From Negaprion brevirostris (lineage: Eukaryota), in assembly GCA_030324005.1 (NCBI GenBank), contig JARDVH010000124.1:17795323-17859322 (forward strand): a stretch of 64,000 bases of DNA, read 5' to 3'. Positions 11,968 to 23,848 of the stretch are shown piece after piece. Every line of letters begins with the position of its first letter. The stretch's first letter is position 1. The notes below the pieces were generated by a model. The model saw only the letters and a program-made list of their open reading frames with translations, was not told where the DNA came from and ran no database searches. Both the position numbers and the translations under genes were made by a program.

Positions 11968-13147
11968 TGTTATGATCTTGGTAGAGCGAAGTAACATTTT
12001 AATTTTCGTGGGGAAATTTAAAAACCCAGGTATTTATTAGGAGATTTAAACTACAAGGTCCATGGTTTAAATTGAAAGAATTTTACTAAACAAAAATCAA
12101 AGACCATGAATACTAATAACTGCACTTTATCTTAAATAGTCAGGTATCTTCAAAATATTAAAAGTACAACGATCACAATTATTTATTCTCTTCTTACCTC
12201 AAATTTCCTTCCACAACTATTTGACATATATTCCCAAATCTCCAGTCAGATACTTATCAAAATTGGAGGATTAAGTAAGTGCTGCTATGAAGTTCATATA
12301 AGCGTTGGAATTTCTTGGGCTTTCCACTTACATCCAGCAAGGTTTTTGCCTTCAAATTCCTCCAGCCATCACTTGTAGATTCCCAAGGGTGGCACGATGG
12401 CACAGTGGTTAGCACTTCTTCCTTACAGCACCAGGGGCCTGGGTTCGACTCCTGGCTTGGGTCACTATCGGTGCAGAGTTTGTATGTTCTCCTCGTGTCT
12501 TCATGGGTTTCCTCTGGGTGCTCCGGTTTCCTCCCACAGCCCAAAAGATGTGCTGGCTCGGTGCATTGATCATGCTAAATTCTCCCTCACTGTACGAGAA
12601 CAGGCGCCAGAGTGTGGCAACTAGGGGTTTTCACAGTAGCTTTATTGCAGTGTTAATGTAAGCCCAATTGTGACATTAATAAATTAACTTAAAACGTAGC
12701 ATTTCTGGCATTTTAAGTGGAGCCAACTCAGGTGAGAACTCTCCTCATTCTAATATTCTTTAACTTTATCTAGAATGTCTGTCTCTTCTCAGCATGGCTG
12801 GCCCCAGAAATCCAATTCCCTGTTCGGAGCCTTTCCATTAACAAGAAGTTTTAACTCTTTTAGATAGCACACAGAATTTCAGCTGAACACTACTTGAAAG
12901 GAATGTTCTCCTGCAGCAAACTTGTCATAACCTGAAAAAAAAGCCTAGCTTGAAACCAGAGCCATAATCACAATCTACTCACCTCTATAATTAACTTTTT
13001 CTATTGTTAATTTCCTAGAAACCTGGTCACATGATCAGTATTAGAAGCCAGGTGCTTTACAAGTGATCTTTCAAAGAAACATTACAAGGATCATTAGCCC
13101 AACATAAAGCATAGGATGTTTTCCCCAAAAGAACACAGGCCACTACA
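11968..13147. mobile_element. Putative solo LTR (TG...CA) containing a SINE insertion
   Basis: TGTTATGATC...CACTACA flanked by GTGT/ATGT (near 4-bp TSD); similar to 731-1722. Confidence 0.4.
12387..12695 (+). mobile_element. V-SINE tail-B, full length
   Basis: GGGTGGCACGATGGCACAGTGGTTAGC (A box), GGTTCGACTCC (B box), V-domain, tail B. Confidence 0.9.
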
Positions 13148-14462
13148 ATGTAAAAATGCTTGTTTGCTCATATGATTTCTGTGCTCATCAAGCCGAGGTA
13201 TGCCTATACTGAAAGGAATAGTTTCCCAACCAGTACCAGGTCACTCCGGGAAGGTAAAGCATGATAAAAGATTTATTAACTCTGCTGGTGTGATATTTTC
13301 AGTTTCTCTGTGCCCTATCTCAAGATGTTAATTCAGTGACACTGCTAAGTTTCTGAATTTAAACTAGGCCCAGATCCTGGAGGTGAGAACTGCTGCACAA
13401 TCCTGTTCCCTGGCTTTGTTTTAACTGCAATATGTAAAAGTGCTGACCAAACCATAACATTTCTTTGAAAAGTAATTATGCATTTATCAAATGTATTTTC
13501 CATTCGGCTTCCAAATCTAATCATATCCACATAAAGTACTGAAAACATGCAAATTGTTCCAAACTTTAAGTTTCAGCAAGTTTACAAAGCAGCATAAATA
13601 TGGAACTTGTTTACTTGCCAAAAAACACCACAAAACTAGCTATGATACACTTGCTTCTTCTCAAGGTCAAACTACAGATAAATACAGATAATAAGAGCTA
13701 ATGTGTGTCTACATTAAAATGTTAACAAGAAGTTGGAACACCAAAATAAGGATATAAAATAACTTTTCATCCTTTAATAAATATAATGAAAGTCTCACCA
13801 GATCCAGAGCCACTTATATGCATTATGAAAAAATATGGAAGAAAATATAGTCAAAGCAATTAACCATTAACCATGCAAATCTGTGTTGGAAATTGTACAA
13901 GTAATTTAATATGCATATTTCAAAATTTAGGTAACTCGTTCTCATTTGTATTTCCCATGCAAGTTCAACTTTGAAGTGTCTATTCCTCAAAATTCCCAGG
14001 ACCATGAGGTCTGATCCTGATTTCAAATATTTGTTATAATTAATAACATATACAAATGGATCAGAATATTAAAGGTCTGGGGGACACAAATTGAAAGGTT
14101 TGAAAGGTTTGCGCAGTAGGAATGTGAGGAAAGACATTTTTTACACAGTAAGTGATAATGACCTGGGACTTGCTGGGCTGAATTTTGTGGGGCACTGTTG
14201 TTTCTACCATTCATCACCCGCAACCCCCCCACCCCCTCCACTCCCCATCCCCGTCAGCTTAAAAGCTGATGATGATCAACTGGTCTTTAGCCCAAATATG
14301 TTGGCATATAATTGCAATTAAATTAGATCTAATNNNNNNNNNNNNNNNNNNNNNNNNNNNNNNNNNNNNNNNNNNNNNNNNNNNNNNNNNNNNNNNNNNN
14401 NNNNNNNNNNNNNNNNNNNNNNNNNNNNNNNNNTAATTGCAATTAAATTAGATCTAATCAAG

Positions 14463-14826
14463 GGGAGGCATGATTGCACAATGGCTAGCACTGCTGCCTC
14501 ACAGCTCCAGGGACTCAGGTTCAACTCTGACCTCAGGTCATTGTCTATGTGGAGGTTGCACATTCTCCCCGTGTCTACCCGTGTTTCCTCCGGATGCTCT
14601 GATTTCCTCCCACAGTCCAAAGGTGTGCAGGTTAGATGGATTGGCCATGCTAAATTTCCCCTTAGTGTCCCAAGATGTGTAGGTTGTTTGGGTTAGCCAT
14701 GGGAAAATACGTGGGATTACTGGATAGGGCAGGGGAGAGGGCCAGGGTAAAGTGCTCTGTCAGAGTTGGTGCAGAATCAATGGACTGAATGGTCACTTTT
14801 GCATTGTAGGGATTCTATGATTCTAA
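14463..14826 (+). mobile_element. HE1/V-SINE tail-A, full length
   Basis: tRNA head, V-domain, and a CR1-like tail ending GGATTCTATGATTCTA. Confidence 0.9.
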
Positions 14827-14979
14827 GTATGTTCAGACTTTGTGTACAGTATTCACAAGGAATAATGAAGTAATATAACATATATACACTGAAACTTATA
14901 GCTTGATAGGTATGGAAAGTATATGGGTTGGTTTTCTTGGAGCTCATACAAAAGGAACACAATCTAAGAACACAGAACA

Positions 14980-15212
14980 GGATCCCGTGGCACGATTTCA
15001 AAAAAGAGCAGGGTGTACCTGCTGGTGCCTTGGCCAGTATTTGCTTCTCTATTGGCATCATAACAGAATAGATTATCTGGTTATGATCACATTGCTCGCT
15101 GTAGAGCTCACTGTGAGTAAATTGGTTTCTGTGTTTCCTACAAGAGGGTCCATTTCAAAAGTATTCATGCTTTGAGACATCCAGTAGTTAAGAAAAGTAT
15201 GAGATTTCTTTT
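14980..15212 (+). mobile_element. Deu-domain SINE (SacSINE1/AmnSINE1-like) 3' half
   Basis: GATCCCGTGGCACGATTTCAAAAAAGAGCAGGG..GGTGCCTTGGCCAGTATT..GATTATCTGGT resembles the Deu domain and is homologous to 56880-56960 (-). Confidence 0.7.
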
Positions 15213-16758
15213 CCCACGCAGGTGACATTGATGGTGAAGCCCATTTATACACATTCACATAACTACTAATTTGCCTTTGTGGTTGTCCATTTTTATGTCA
15301 TCACAGGAATGGCAGAGAAATCAGAGGCTGGATTACCCAGAAGGCCCCACCACCACCAACAACTATTTCCATGCTCCTTGACTGAACAGCGGCCTGAAGC
15401 ATGTGATCTGAGATATACCCTCGTACTGTGCGATCTCACAGATACTGACAGTACCTGAGGTGTTGAAGCCTGAGAATAGTATATCACACCTGCCTCAGTG
15501 AAACCATGTAAAGGAAGCAACACACTTGTTAGCCATGTACAGATGACAGTACTGTGATTGTGTGAATTAGGTTCACTGGCAAAATTAAAAGTATTAGTAA
15601 AAATAGGTTATCTTCAGATCAGTATTTCCACAAAACCCTTTGGATATTATTGATTTTTAAAATATTTTTATAGTAAGTTCAATGATGTTGAGAACTATAG
15701 ATCTATACAAAATACACCTACTCATTAAAAAAAGAGATGGAATTTGGGATTGCACCAGATAATGTGATCATAAAAAAGATTNNNNNNNNNNGTAGCAGTC
15801 TACCTTGTGACTTGCTTGAATCTAGTTTCCCCTCCCTTCTGTTCATCTTTGTTCGCTCCATGATTTGCTCCTTCAGGTGGTTGCTCCCTGTCGACAGCGG
15901 AGTTGAAATTGTGGAGTGAACAGAACCAACCATTTTCAAAATGCTAACCACATTCCTAATAGTTACTTGAATAGAAGCCTGAGGGTCCTTACATCTCTAC
16001 CCCACACAGTTGGATGGAGCCTACAGGGATGTCACTAACCATGGTGACAAATTTATAGCTTCTGTCCCTAGAAGCCAGCCATCAAACTTATCTTCAGACA
16101 AGTACAAAATTATGGGATGTTTGAAGATTAAAGGATCAGATGGGGAGTGCTGGGAAACTTGGCATTCACCTGCATAATTTAGTGCTGGCAATTGCACACT
16201 AACTGAATATTAATAAAATGATTCAATGGCACACCTCTCCGCGTAAGCACTCAGGCCTGCTAGGATCCCAGGTAAGGAATCAATAAGAGTAAAAGGCACA
16301 GACTTAGTATTCCTGGGTATCCATGGAGAATTTGACATGTTTATTTATTCAAGTAAGCATCGCCTAAGGCGTGGCCTATGCACAGCTGATTGGCTCCTAG
16401 AGCAAAGAACCTGAAAGGATCCTAATGCTTATGAACAGTTGGAAATTGAATAATGTGATTATTCCCAATGACACAAAGTAGTGAAGATTCAGGACTGGGT
16501 TTTTAGGTCTTCTTCCAGCAAGTGACCCAACTCTCTGACAATCTCCCCACTAAACTGCAGCCTCCAGCACTGTTATTTCTTACTAAGGTCAGGAATGTCA
16601 GTCTGGGTCTTGAATCTTGCTCACCTCTGATATGGTACTCTCCTCCACTGCTAACCTTATTGAATGAATCCAAAAATCACCACTTCTCATCTTCCTTCTT
16701 ATCCTCCTCTTTCAGGGTTTAACAGACTTTATTGCAGCCAAAATGTTTTGGACACACT

Positions 16759-16927
16759 GGGAAAAAATTAACCTAACCAGTCCATCCAGAGACCAGCGGG
16801 TTTGGATGCAACATTGGTTTCACACCCATCTGAGTTTATTCTTTATTGAGGTCAACAGGGGCAGTAAAACTAACATTCTATCTAATCCCATGGGATTCCA
16901 AGTCAGTGAATTAGGTTAAAATTACCC
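16759..16927. mobile_element. MITE-like inverted-repeat element
   Basis: GGGAAAAAATTAACCTAA ... TTAGGTTAAAATTACCC imperfect TIRs; no clear TSD. Confidence 0.55.
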
Positions 16928-17461
16928 TGACATATGAAGGTCAAATTTCCTTTTGGAAAGTTTTATTTGAACATTTGATTCCCTGTCATGTTTTAATTCA
17001 GAATAAAAATACTTTAATGTTATGCTTAAAAAGATAGCATGTGTTTGAATCTCCAAACATGTTGCCAACATGTCAAAATTGTTTGCTAAAAGTCTCAGAA
17101 GTCAGTGTGAGTTTAACTTTAAACTTTAACATATCAAATGTAGATTAGTCATCAACTGGGCATGATTTGCTAATTGCAACTTCACACCATAGTCTTATCT
17201 CCTTATTAAAGTTAATTTAATTTTAAAGGTATATTGAAAAGATAGTGCATATGTCAGTTACATAAACAAAATCCCTCAGTCAGTTTGCCCTTCATAAGCA
17301 ACCACCAGTCTGCCTGTTACTTCTTGACCAACACCTAACTGGTTCCCATCGCATGGACATGAACTGCCAGTACAACTTCGCAGTGAGGGCATTTTGGGAC
17401 TTTGCAACACTCACTTGCAAACCCCTTTTACTAAAACTGCTGATGCATACCTGAAAGATTC

Positions 17462-17545
17462 CAGAAGCTGCCTGACCTTCAGGGTATTTTCAGCATTTTC
17501 TGTTTTATTTAAGTTTTGCAGTATCTGTAGTATTGTTTTTATTCA
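17462..17545 (+). mobile_element. Penelope-like terminal fragment (second family)
   Basis: gctgcctgacc..gtattttcagcattttctgttttattt..tttgcagtatctgtagtattg resembles a common shark repeat terminus (from recall); shares sequence with the insert at 56788-56816. Confidence 0.45.
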
Positions 17546-17649
17546 AGGCCAGTTTAAAAATTGGTCAGTTGTCCATTGGACCCGCTAGGAGAGTTTAGAC
17601 CTAAAAGGAGAGACATCATTAAAGCACTGAGAAAACAGTAGTGTTCTTC

Positions 17650-19555
17650 TTGATTTGCATTCTGTTTATGTGGGCATTACTAAGTGATGCTGTCATTTAT
17701 TGCTTTGAAAAGGGAATGCTGGCACTTTTACTACAACTGGTGCAATGTGGTGAATGTTCCATAACAAAGTTCTTATGTATGGAATTCCAACATGAACATG
17801 TTGGAGTGATGTCCAAGAGACATTGGTGCAGGACTTGGAAAAGAACTCAGATGTGGTGCTCCTCCCAGTTACGTGCCCTCTCAATCTGTTTGGTCATTGA
17901 GGTTTAGGGTACAGGAGATACTCCTGAAGAATTCTTGATGAGCTTCTGTAGTTGAAACACATTGCCACTATGGAGCACCAGGACAAGAGGATTTAGACAT
18001 TTAGACTAGTGGGGGAGGGGCCATTCTAGTGAATTTTTTCATCCTGAGCATTGTGGTGCCTCGTCGGACATGTGGAGAGTATTCCATCACACCCTTGAGT
18101 TGTGCATGTTGGTATAGATATTTTGGAAAGTCAGCAGGTGAGCCACTTGCTGCAAAATTTACAGTCTATGACCTTCTCTAGTTGTAACTATGGTGACACC
18201 CAGAATGTTGAAATTGAGTCATTGGGAGGTGATTAGACTTTCTCACGTTGGAGATGATTACAAGGGCATGAATGTTCCCCATCATTTCTAAGTTTAAGCC
18301 TCAAATTGCCTGAATCTTGTTGCATGCTAAGGAATTATAATGCAATACTGTGCAAATTTTGGTGAACCCTCCCACTTCTGAAGGGAGTGAAGATCATTTA
18401 TGAAGTGGCTTAAGAAAACTGATCCAACATACTACCTTAAAGAAATTCTATTGCACTTTCATGGGGCTGAGGTGATTAGCTCTAATAGCTGCAATCATCC
18501 TCCTTTGGTGGTTTCCCTTGAGCATAACACCATAAGATGTAGGAGCAGAAATAGGCCATTCAGCCCATTGAGTCTGCTCCATCATTCAATGAGATCATGA
18601 CTGATCTGATATGATAATCCACTTCCACTTTCCCACCTTATCCCATAACCCTCAATTCCCTTATTGATTAAAAACCTGTCTATCTCAGCCTTGAACATAG
18701 TCAATGACCCAATCTCTGCAACCCTCTGTGGTAGAGAATTCCAAAGGTTCACTACCCTCTAAGAAAAGAAATTCCTCCTCATCTCTGTAGTAAATGAGAA
18801 ATCCCATACTCTGAGATTATGCCCCCTGATCATAGGTTGTCCTATAAGGGGAAATATCTTCCATAGAATCCCTACAGTGCAGAATGAGGACATTTGGCCC
18901 ATCGAGTCTGCACCAACCACAATCCCACCCAGGCCTTATCCCTGTAACCCCATGCATTTATCCTAGCTAGGTCCCCTGACAGTAGGGGGCAATTTAGCAT
19001 GGCCAATCTGCCCATCTTTGGACTGTGGGGGGAAATCGGAACATCTGGAGGAAACCCATGCAGCCACATGGAGAATGTGCAAACTCTACACAGGCAGTGG
19101 CCCAAGCCGGGAATCAAACTTGGGTCCCTGGTGCTATCAAGCTAACCACTGTGCCACTGTGCCACACCTACCCAGTCAAACCACCTGAGAATCCTAATAC
19201 CTTCTTCTAAGCTCCAATGAGTTACAGGCCCAACCTCTCCTCACAAAAAAATCAGGTGGACTTCAGTTTGACTAGTGGCTTCTTCATGCCATACTGGGTC
19301 GAATGTTGCACTGATGTCAGGGCAATCAATCTCACCTCTGGAATTTAGCTCTTGTGTCCATGTTTAGATCAAGGTGGTAATGAGGCCTGGAGACCAGAGA
19401 TCCTGGTCGAACCCACATGAACGTCAATAATTGGGTTCTTGCTGAGTTTGTGTCGTTAGGCAGCACATTGCTGGCCACTCCTGCAGCTAATTTCTGATGA
19501 TTGGGAATAGGCTGATAAATAAGATGAGAATTTGCCGGGTTGGATTTTGTCTGTT
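17650..19555 (-). mobile_element. Heavily decayed LINE (family of 7200-8460) with nested CR1 fragment (18520-18861, 19168-19255) and tail-A SINE (18862-19167)
   Basis: 19320-19550 parallels 7225-7440. 18520-18860 parallels the CR1 3' end at 2690-3130. The SINE head lies at 19140-19167. Confidence 0.7.
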
Positions 19556-20746
19556 ACTCAGAGGGCTGTAAACCATGCTGAACTAGACAATGTAACAAAG
19601 TCCAGCCCAGCCCCTATGCTTACTGCTACAAGTCCGAGACAAGTAGCGTTCTATAACCAAGTCTGCTTTGTCTTCCATCTGCTGCTTCCCTTGTTCACAT
19701 TCAATCACACGCGCATGTGTTTCTGCAATGATACAAATACGGAAAACAAAAACACCGTGCAAAGACGCCAGCATTTAATAAGATTCGCATTCCCAAGCTA
19801 ATAAGTGTGGAGTCAGTCATTCTAGTCACCTATTTAAATTCTGGTGGGGTGGGGTGGGGTGGAGGGGGAGGGAGGGGGACAGAACGGAAGTCAAACGTCA
19901 GGCAGGTAGGAAAGCTGTTAGCGAAAATAAACAGGCGGTAGTGAAAACGGGAAAGATTTTTAACTTTCTGCTGAGCAGGGATGTAGGGGTGCTTTGTTCG
20001 GTCAGTGGGGATTTCTCGCTGCTCGGGCTTTCAATTCGGTGCTAACCTCTCTCTAACTGGCTAGTGGCCGTCCTTTAACCAACCCGCGTAGAGAGGTGTA
20101 TGTTTGAAACGGATGAATGATTTCTGATTCTGCTACGCTGTCCTTTGAACTCGAAGACATTCCGGGTGATTCATCCTTGTAAGAAAGAAAGCTGTTTATG
20201 TGGACCGCCTGTAGGGTTACCGGGTGCTTTTGAACTGGGGGACATGTGTTGTTCCCACTGACAAGTGTACAGTAAGGACAGCGAACCATTCTCCAGTATA
20301 TTCTCCGCAAGTAATATTAAGAAATACATTTAGTCAGTAATTGCTCTGAGTAAAAAGGATCAATTAATTCCTATTCGAGAAGTTAGCTGCTTAATCCTGT
20401 CCAGATAAGCCGTTTTATATTGGGGAAATATTCAGGTAGCCACTGAGTAAGACAACAGATGCCTAGCGCGTTCTCAGCTCACCTCTATGTCTTCTCCATT
20501 CTGTTTTCTGTTCCTCTGGGCTGACGTGTCATCTGCTAGCATGACTTCTGGAGCCTGCAGTAGACACCGGATCCTTGTTACAAAAGATGTGGCAGTTTAC
20601 ACGTCTCGGGATTAAACCGCGCGCTTGTCGCCAACGATCTTGCTTCAAACCACTTCGAAATAAAATTACATTTTAAAGGGATTATAGCGCGTTTATTTCT
20701 CCAATGAACTTTCTTATGTAAAAGTAGAATTACTCCGGTGTAAAGG

Positions 20747-21053
20747 TTGCACAGTGGTTAGCACTGCTGCCTCACAGTGCCAGGGACCCGGGTTCAATTT
20801 CGGGTCACTGTCTGTGTGGAGTTTGCACGTTCTCCCCGTGTCTGTGTGGGTTTCTTCCCACAGTCTAAAGATATGCAGGTTAGGTTAATTGACCATTCTA
20901 AATTGCCCCATAGTGTCCCAAGGTGTGTAGGTTAAAGAGGTTAGTCATGGTGACAGGGATAGGCGAGCTGGAGGGCCTGGGTAAGATGCTCTGTTGGAGA
21001 ACATTGCAGACTGGATGGGCTGAATGGCTTCTTTCTGTAATGTAGGGTTCTAT
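20747..21053 (+). mobile_element. HE1/V-SINE tail-A
   Basis: GCACAGTGGTTAGCACTGCTGCCTCACAGTGCCAGGGACCCGGGTTCAATT, V-domain, CR1-like tail. Confidence 0.9.
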
Positions 21054-21749
21054 ATATTATGTTGTTGCTGTGTATCACGGTAATCAGCAAACCGAAACCC
21101 TTCTTTTCTGAGCGGGATTCTACACCTTCCACCCGCAGTTCAAACCAGTTACCTCTAAGGGCTAATGTCGCCAGCATTCAATATGCTCGTGTAGAACTTC
21201 CTTTTTCAATCATTGGTATATTGCACGGCAGCAATAGGTGAAATATTTATCGCCCTGTCTGAATGTTTGCAAATATTCCTCACTTAAGTAAACAGAAGCC
21301 CGCCATTAGCGCTTTTCAATCTATGTGTTTAAACAGGCATTGTCTGTCTGACTGAGTGTGCAGAATTGTAATCGGCCTTCGCGATCATCACAGGTAACAT
21401 TCTGATATTTTAAGAAGGGGTTTAGACAAACAATGGGAGACTGTGATGTGCTATAATCAGCTTTTATCTTTCATGGAGCCCGTAAAATTACACTAGGCCA
21501 CTGAGGAAGCAAGTTCACAGGGCCTAAAGCTAGCGAGTGTCCTGTACGCTGAGAAGTTAATCCTAGCAAAGTGCAAATCGAGTTCCTTATCCAATAAACT
21601 GGTTATTTGCGTTGCTTCAGATTCACGATTGTTTATTAACCTTTTCCACTTTAAATTTTCAGCGGAATATCAGAATCGGCGCATTTCAAAACTGAGGTGA
21701 CGTCTTGCAACTACCTGGGCCACAGGCTGACTATACCTTCACCCCAACA

Positions 21750-21870
21750 TGCACATTTACACACACAATATATGGGCACTCACGTATGTACACACACACA
21801 TCTACACAAATACACCAATGCATACATACACATCACACACACTTACACGTATCTCACATACTGACACCTA
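21750..21870. repeat. Degenerate (CA)n-rich low-complexity tract
   Basis: Interrupted ACAC/ATAC runs. Confidence 0.7.
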
Positions 21871-23269
21871 CGGATATATAAATGTGAGATACTAGAGCAA
21901 TTATTTGTTTTTTCTTATGCGGTAACATTGCAGACTCTAATCTCGTTTTAATCGTGTATGGAAGGAATGCGAATAACGCATTGTTTTAATCCGTTGAAAA
22001 AAGATCCGAGATTTTGAGGATTTTCATTGAGAAAGGCTGGAATAAGGTTGAGGATGTCCGTGAAGTTTGCTATACCTGGAATATATTAAATCATGCTTGC
22101 CAGTAACTGATAAGGCGAAGGACTATGGAACGGTTTGAAAAGTGATTGTGTTCTCAAGCATGTAAAGTCAATTGTAATTTCCTGTTTGTACAGCACACCA
22201 ACGTGAGGTAAAGTAGGCAGGTCAGAATGAAGGAGGACGCAGAGTCATTTTCGACATCAAGTTTTATAATATGCGCCTTGCGTTTGATTCCGGATTCAAA
22301 AACAGGCGTTGCGTGTAGAGACTTAGAAGTGTGACAAGGAAAGACTTCCAGTGAAATACTTGGAATGGACACACATACGTTTTAGAAATGCTGCAATTGA
22401 CCAGGCCTGGTAAATGTATACCTCATTATAGATCAAAGGTAGACGTTAAAAACCTTAATAGCCTATTTCATAACGAGATTTAAAGAACGTTTATTTTAGC
22501 TAACAATAAAATAATGCCAAGCTGATCAATGTCCATCATTCAATGTTCAAGAAAACACAGACACCGTAGGTGCTAGGTTGCCATATAGCGAGTCAGTAAT
22601 GGGCTGGTCACGGCAAAGTTATGGGCAGTGTACAGATACTGCCTTGGATTTTTAATTAGACGTTAAATTATCTCATATTTTCGGATTTAAGCGACAAGTA
22701 AATACTTAATGTATTGCGCCAAACCCATTTAATACGGGAAATCTGCTCCCATTTAAATGGTTTGGAATGGTTCACTTATCCTGACGCCATAGATCAATAA
22801 CTCAGAAAATAATGCGAATTGCAATAAATGACACTAACCGCGCCCTCCCGCCACGCACACAACAATCTGATAAATAAACCAAACTACCCTCAGACGCCCT
22901 CTCTTTTAATTTGCGGTTGGGGTATTTCAGGTATTCAATTTAACAGTAAGGTTTTAATCCAATGCTTTCTGATTGACAATATGATCATATTCTTATCAAA
23001 AGATGTTTTGTTTTTAGTTACCAGGAATAAAGCGAAGCTTATCAGACTGGGGGAGGAAGTTCAGCGAAGCACAAAACAGCAATATTTACTGATAAAAGAT
23101 GCCTCTGAGAATATCCATTACCTTCTTAATAGTCAAATCACATTTATTTCCTACTAGTAATTTATCTTTTACGTGGCTCATTGGTATAACCAAATACCTA
23201 ACTATCAATCTGAATTCAAAATAAAATGTTACCAAACTCTAATGCACAAATTGTGATGCTCTGGAACTA

Positions 23270-23848
23270 AACACACTCAAATACACAGCATACGGTCACA
23301 CATACACACACCAGATTACACATATACACATCAGGTCACATACATACATCAGGTCATACATACACACACCAGGTCATACATACAGACACCAGCTCACGCT
23401 TACACACACCACGTGACACAGACACATACAGAGCACCAGATCACACAGAGATATACACAGCATCAGATCACACAGACATATACACAGCATCAGATCACAG
23501 ACGTATACACAGCATCAGGTCACACAGACGCAGACACATTCACAGCATCAGGTCACACAGACACATCTACAGCAGCAGGTCACATAAGCACACACCAGGT
23601 CACATGTACACTCACCAGCTCAACATACACAGCACCAGGTCACACACACCAGGTTACACATATACCAAGTTACATAAACACATACCATGTCACTCAGACA
23701 CATGCACAGCACCAGATCATACAGACATATACACAGCATCGGGTCACACAGACAATCACATAGCATCAGATCACGCGGACACATAAACGGCACTAGTTCA
23801 CATATATACAGCACCAGGTCGCGCATATATAACACTAGGTCACACAGT
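23270..23848. repeat. CA-rich minisatellite, 18-26 bp units (ACACAGCATCAGRTCACACAGACATAT-like)
   Basis: Many degenerate units anchored on CAGGTCAC/CAGATCAC; explains the repetitive ORFs at 23413-23925. Confidence 0.9.

Noticed and set aside
12387-12460. tRNA-like A/B boxes (many copies)
   Set aside because: These are SINE heads continuing into the V-domain, not cloverleaf tRNA genes.
14309-14458. Direct repeats flanking 100-N gaps (also 24934-25066, 32086-32204, 44331-44447, 60163-60315)
   Set aside because: Identical sequence on both sides of fixed-size N runs indicates overlapping contig ends (assembly artefact), not biological repeats or TSDs.
23270-23848. CRISPR-like periodicity (also 63368-63610)
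   Set aside because: Vertebrate DNA; the units are degenerate tandem repeats with no unique spacers and no cas genes.
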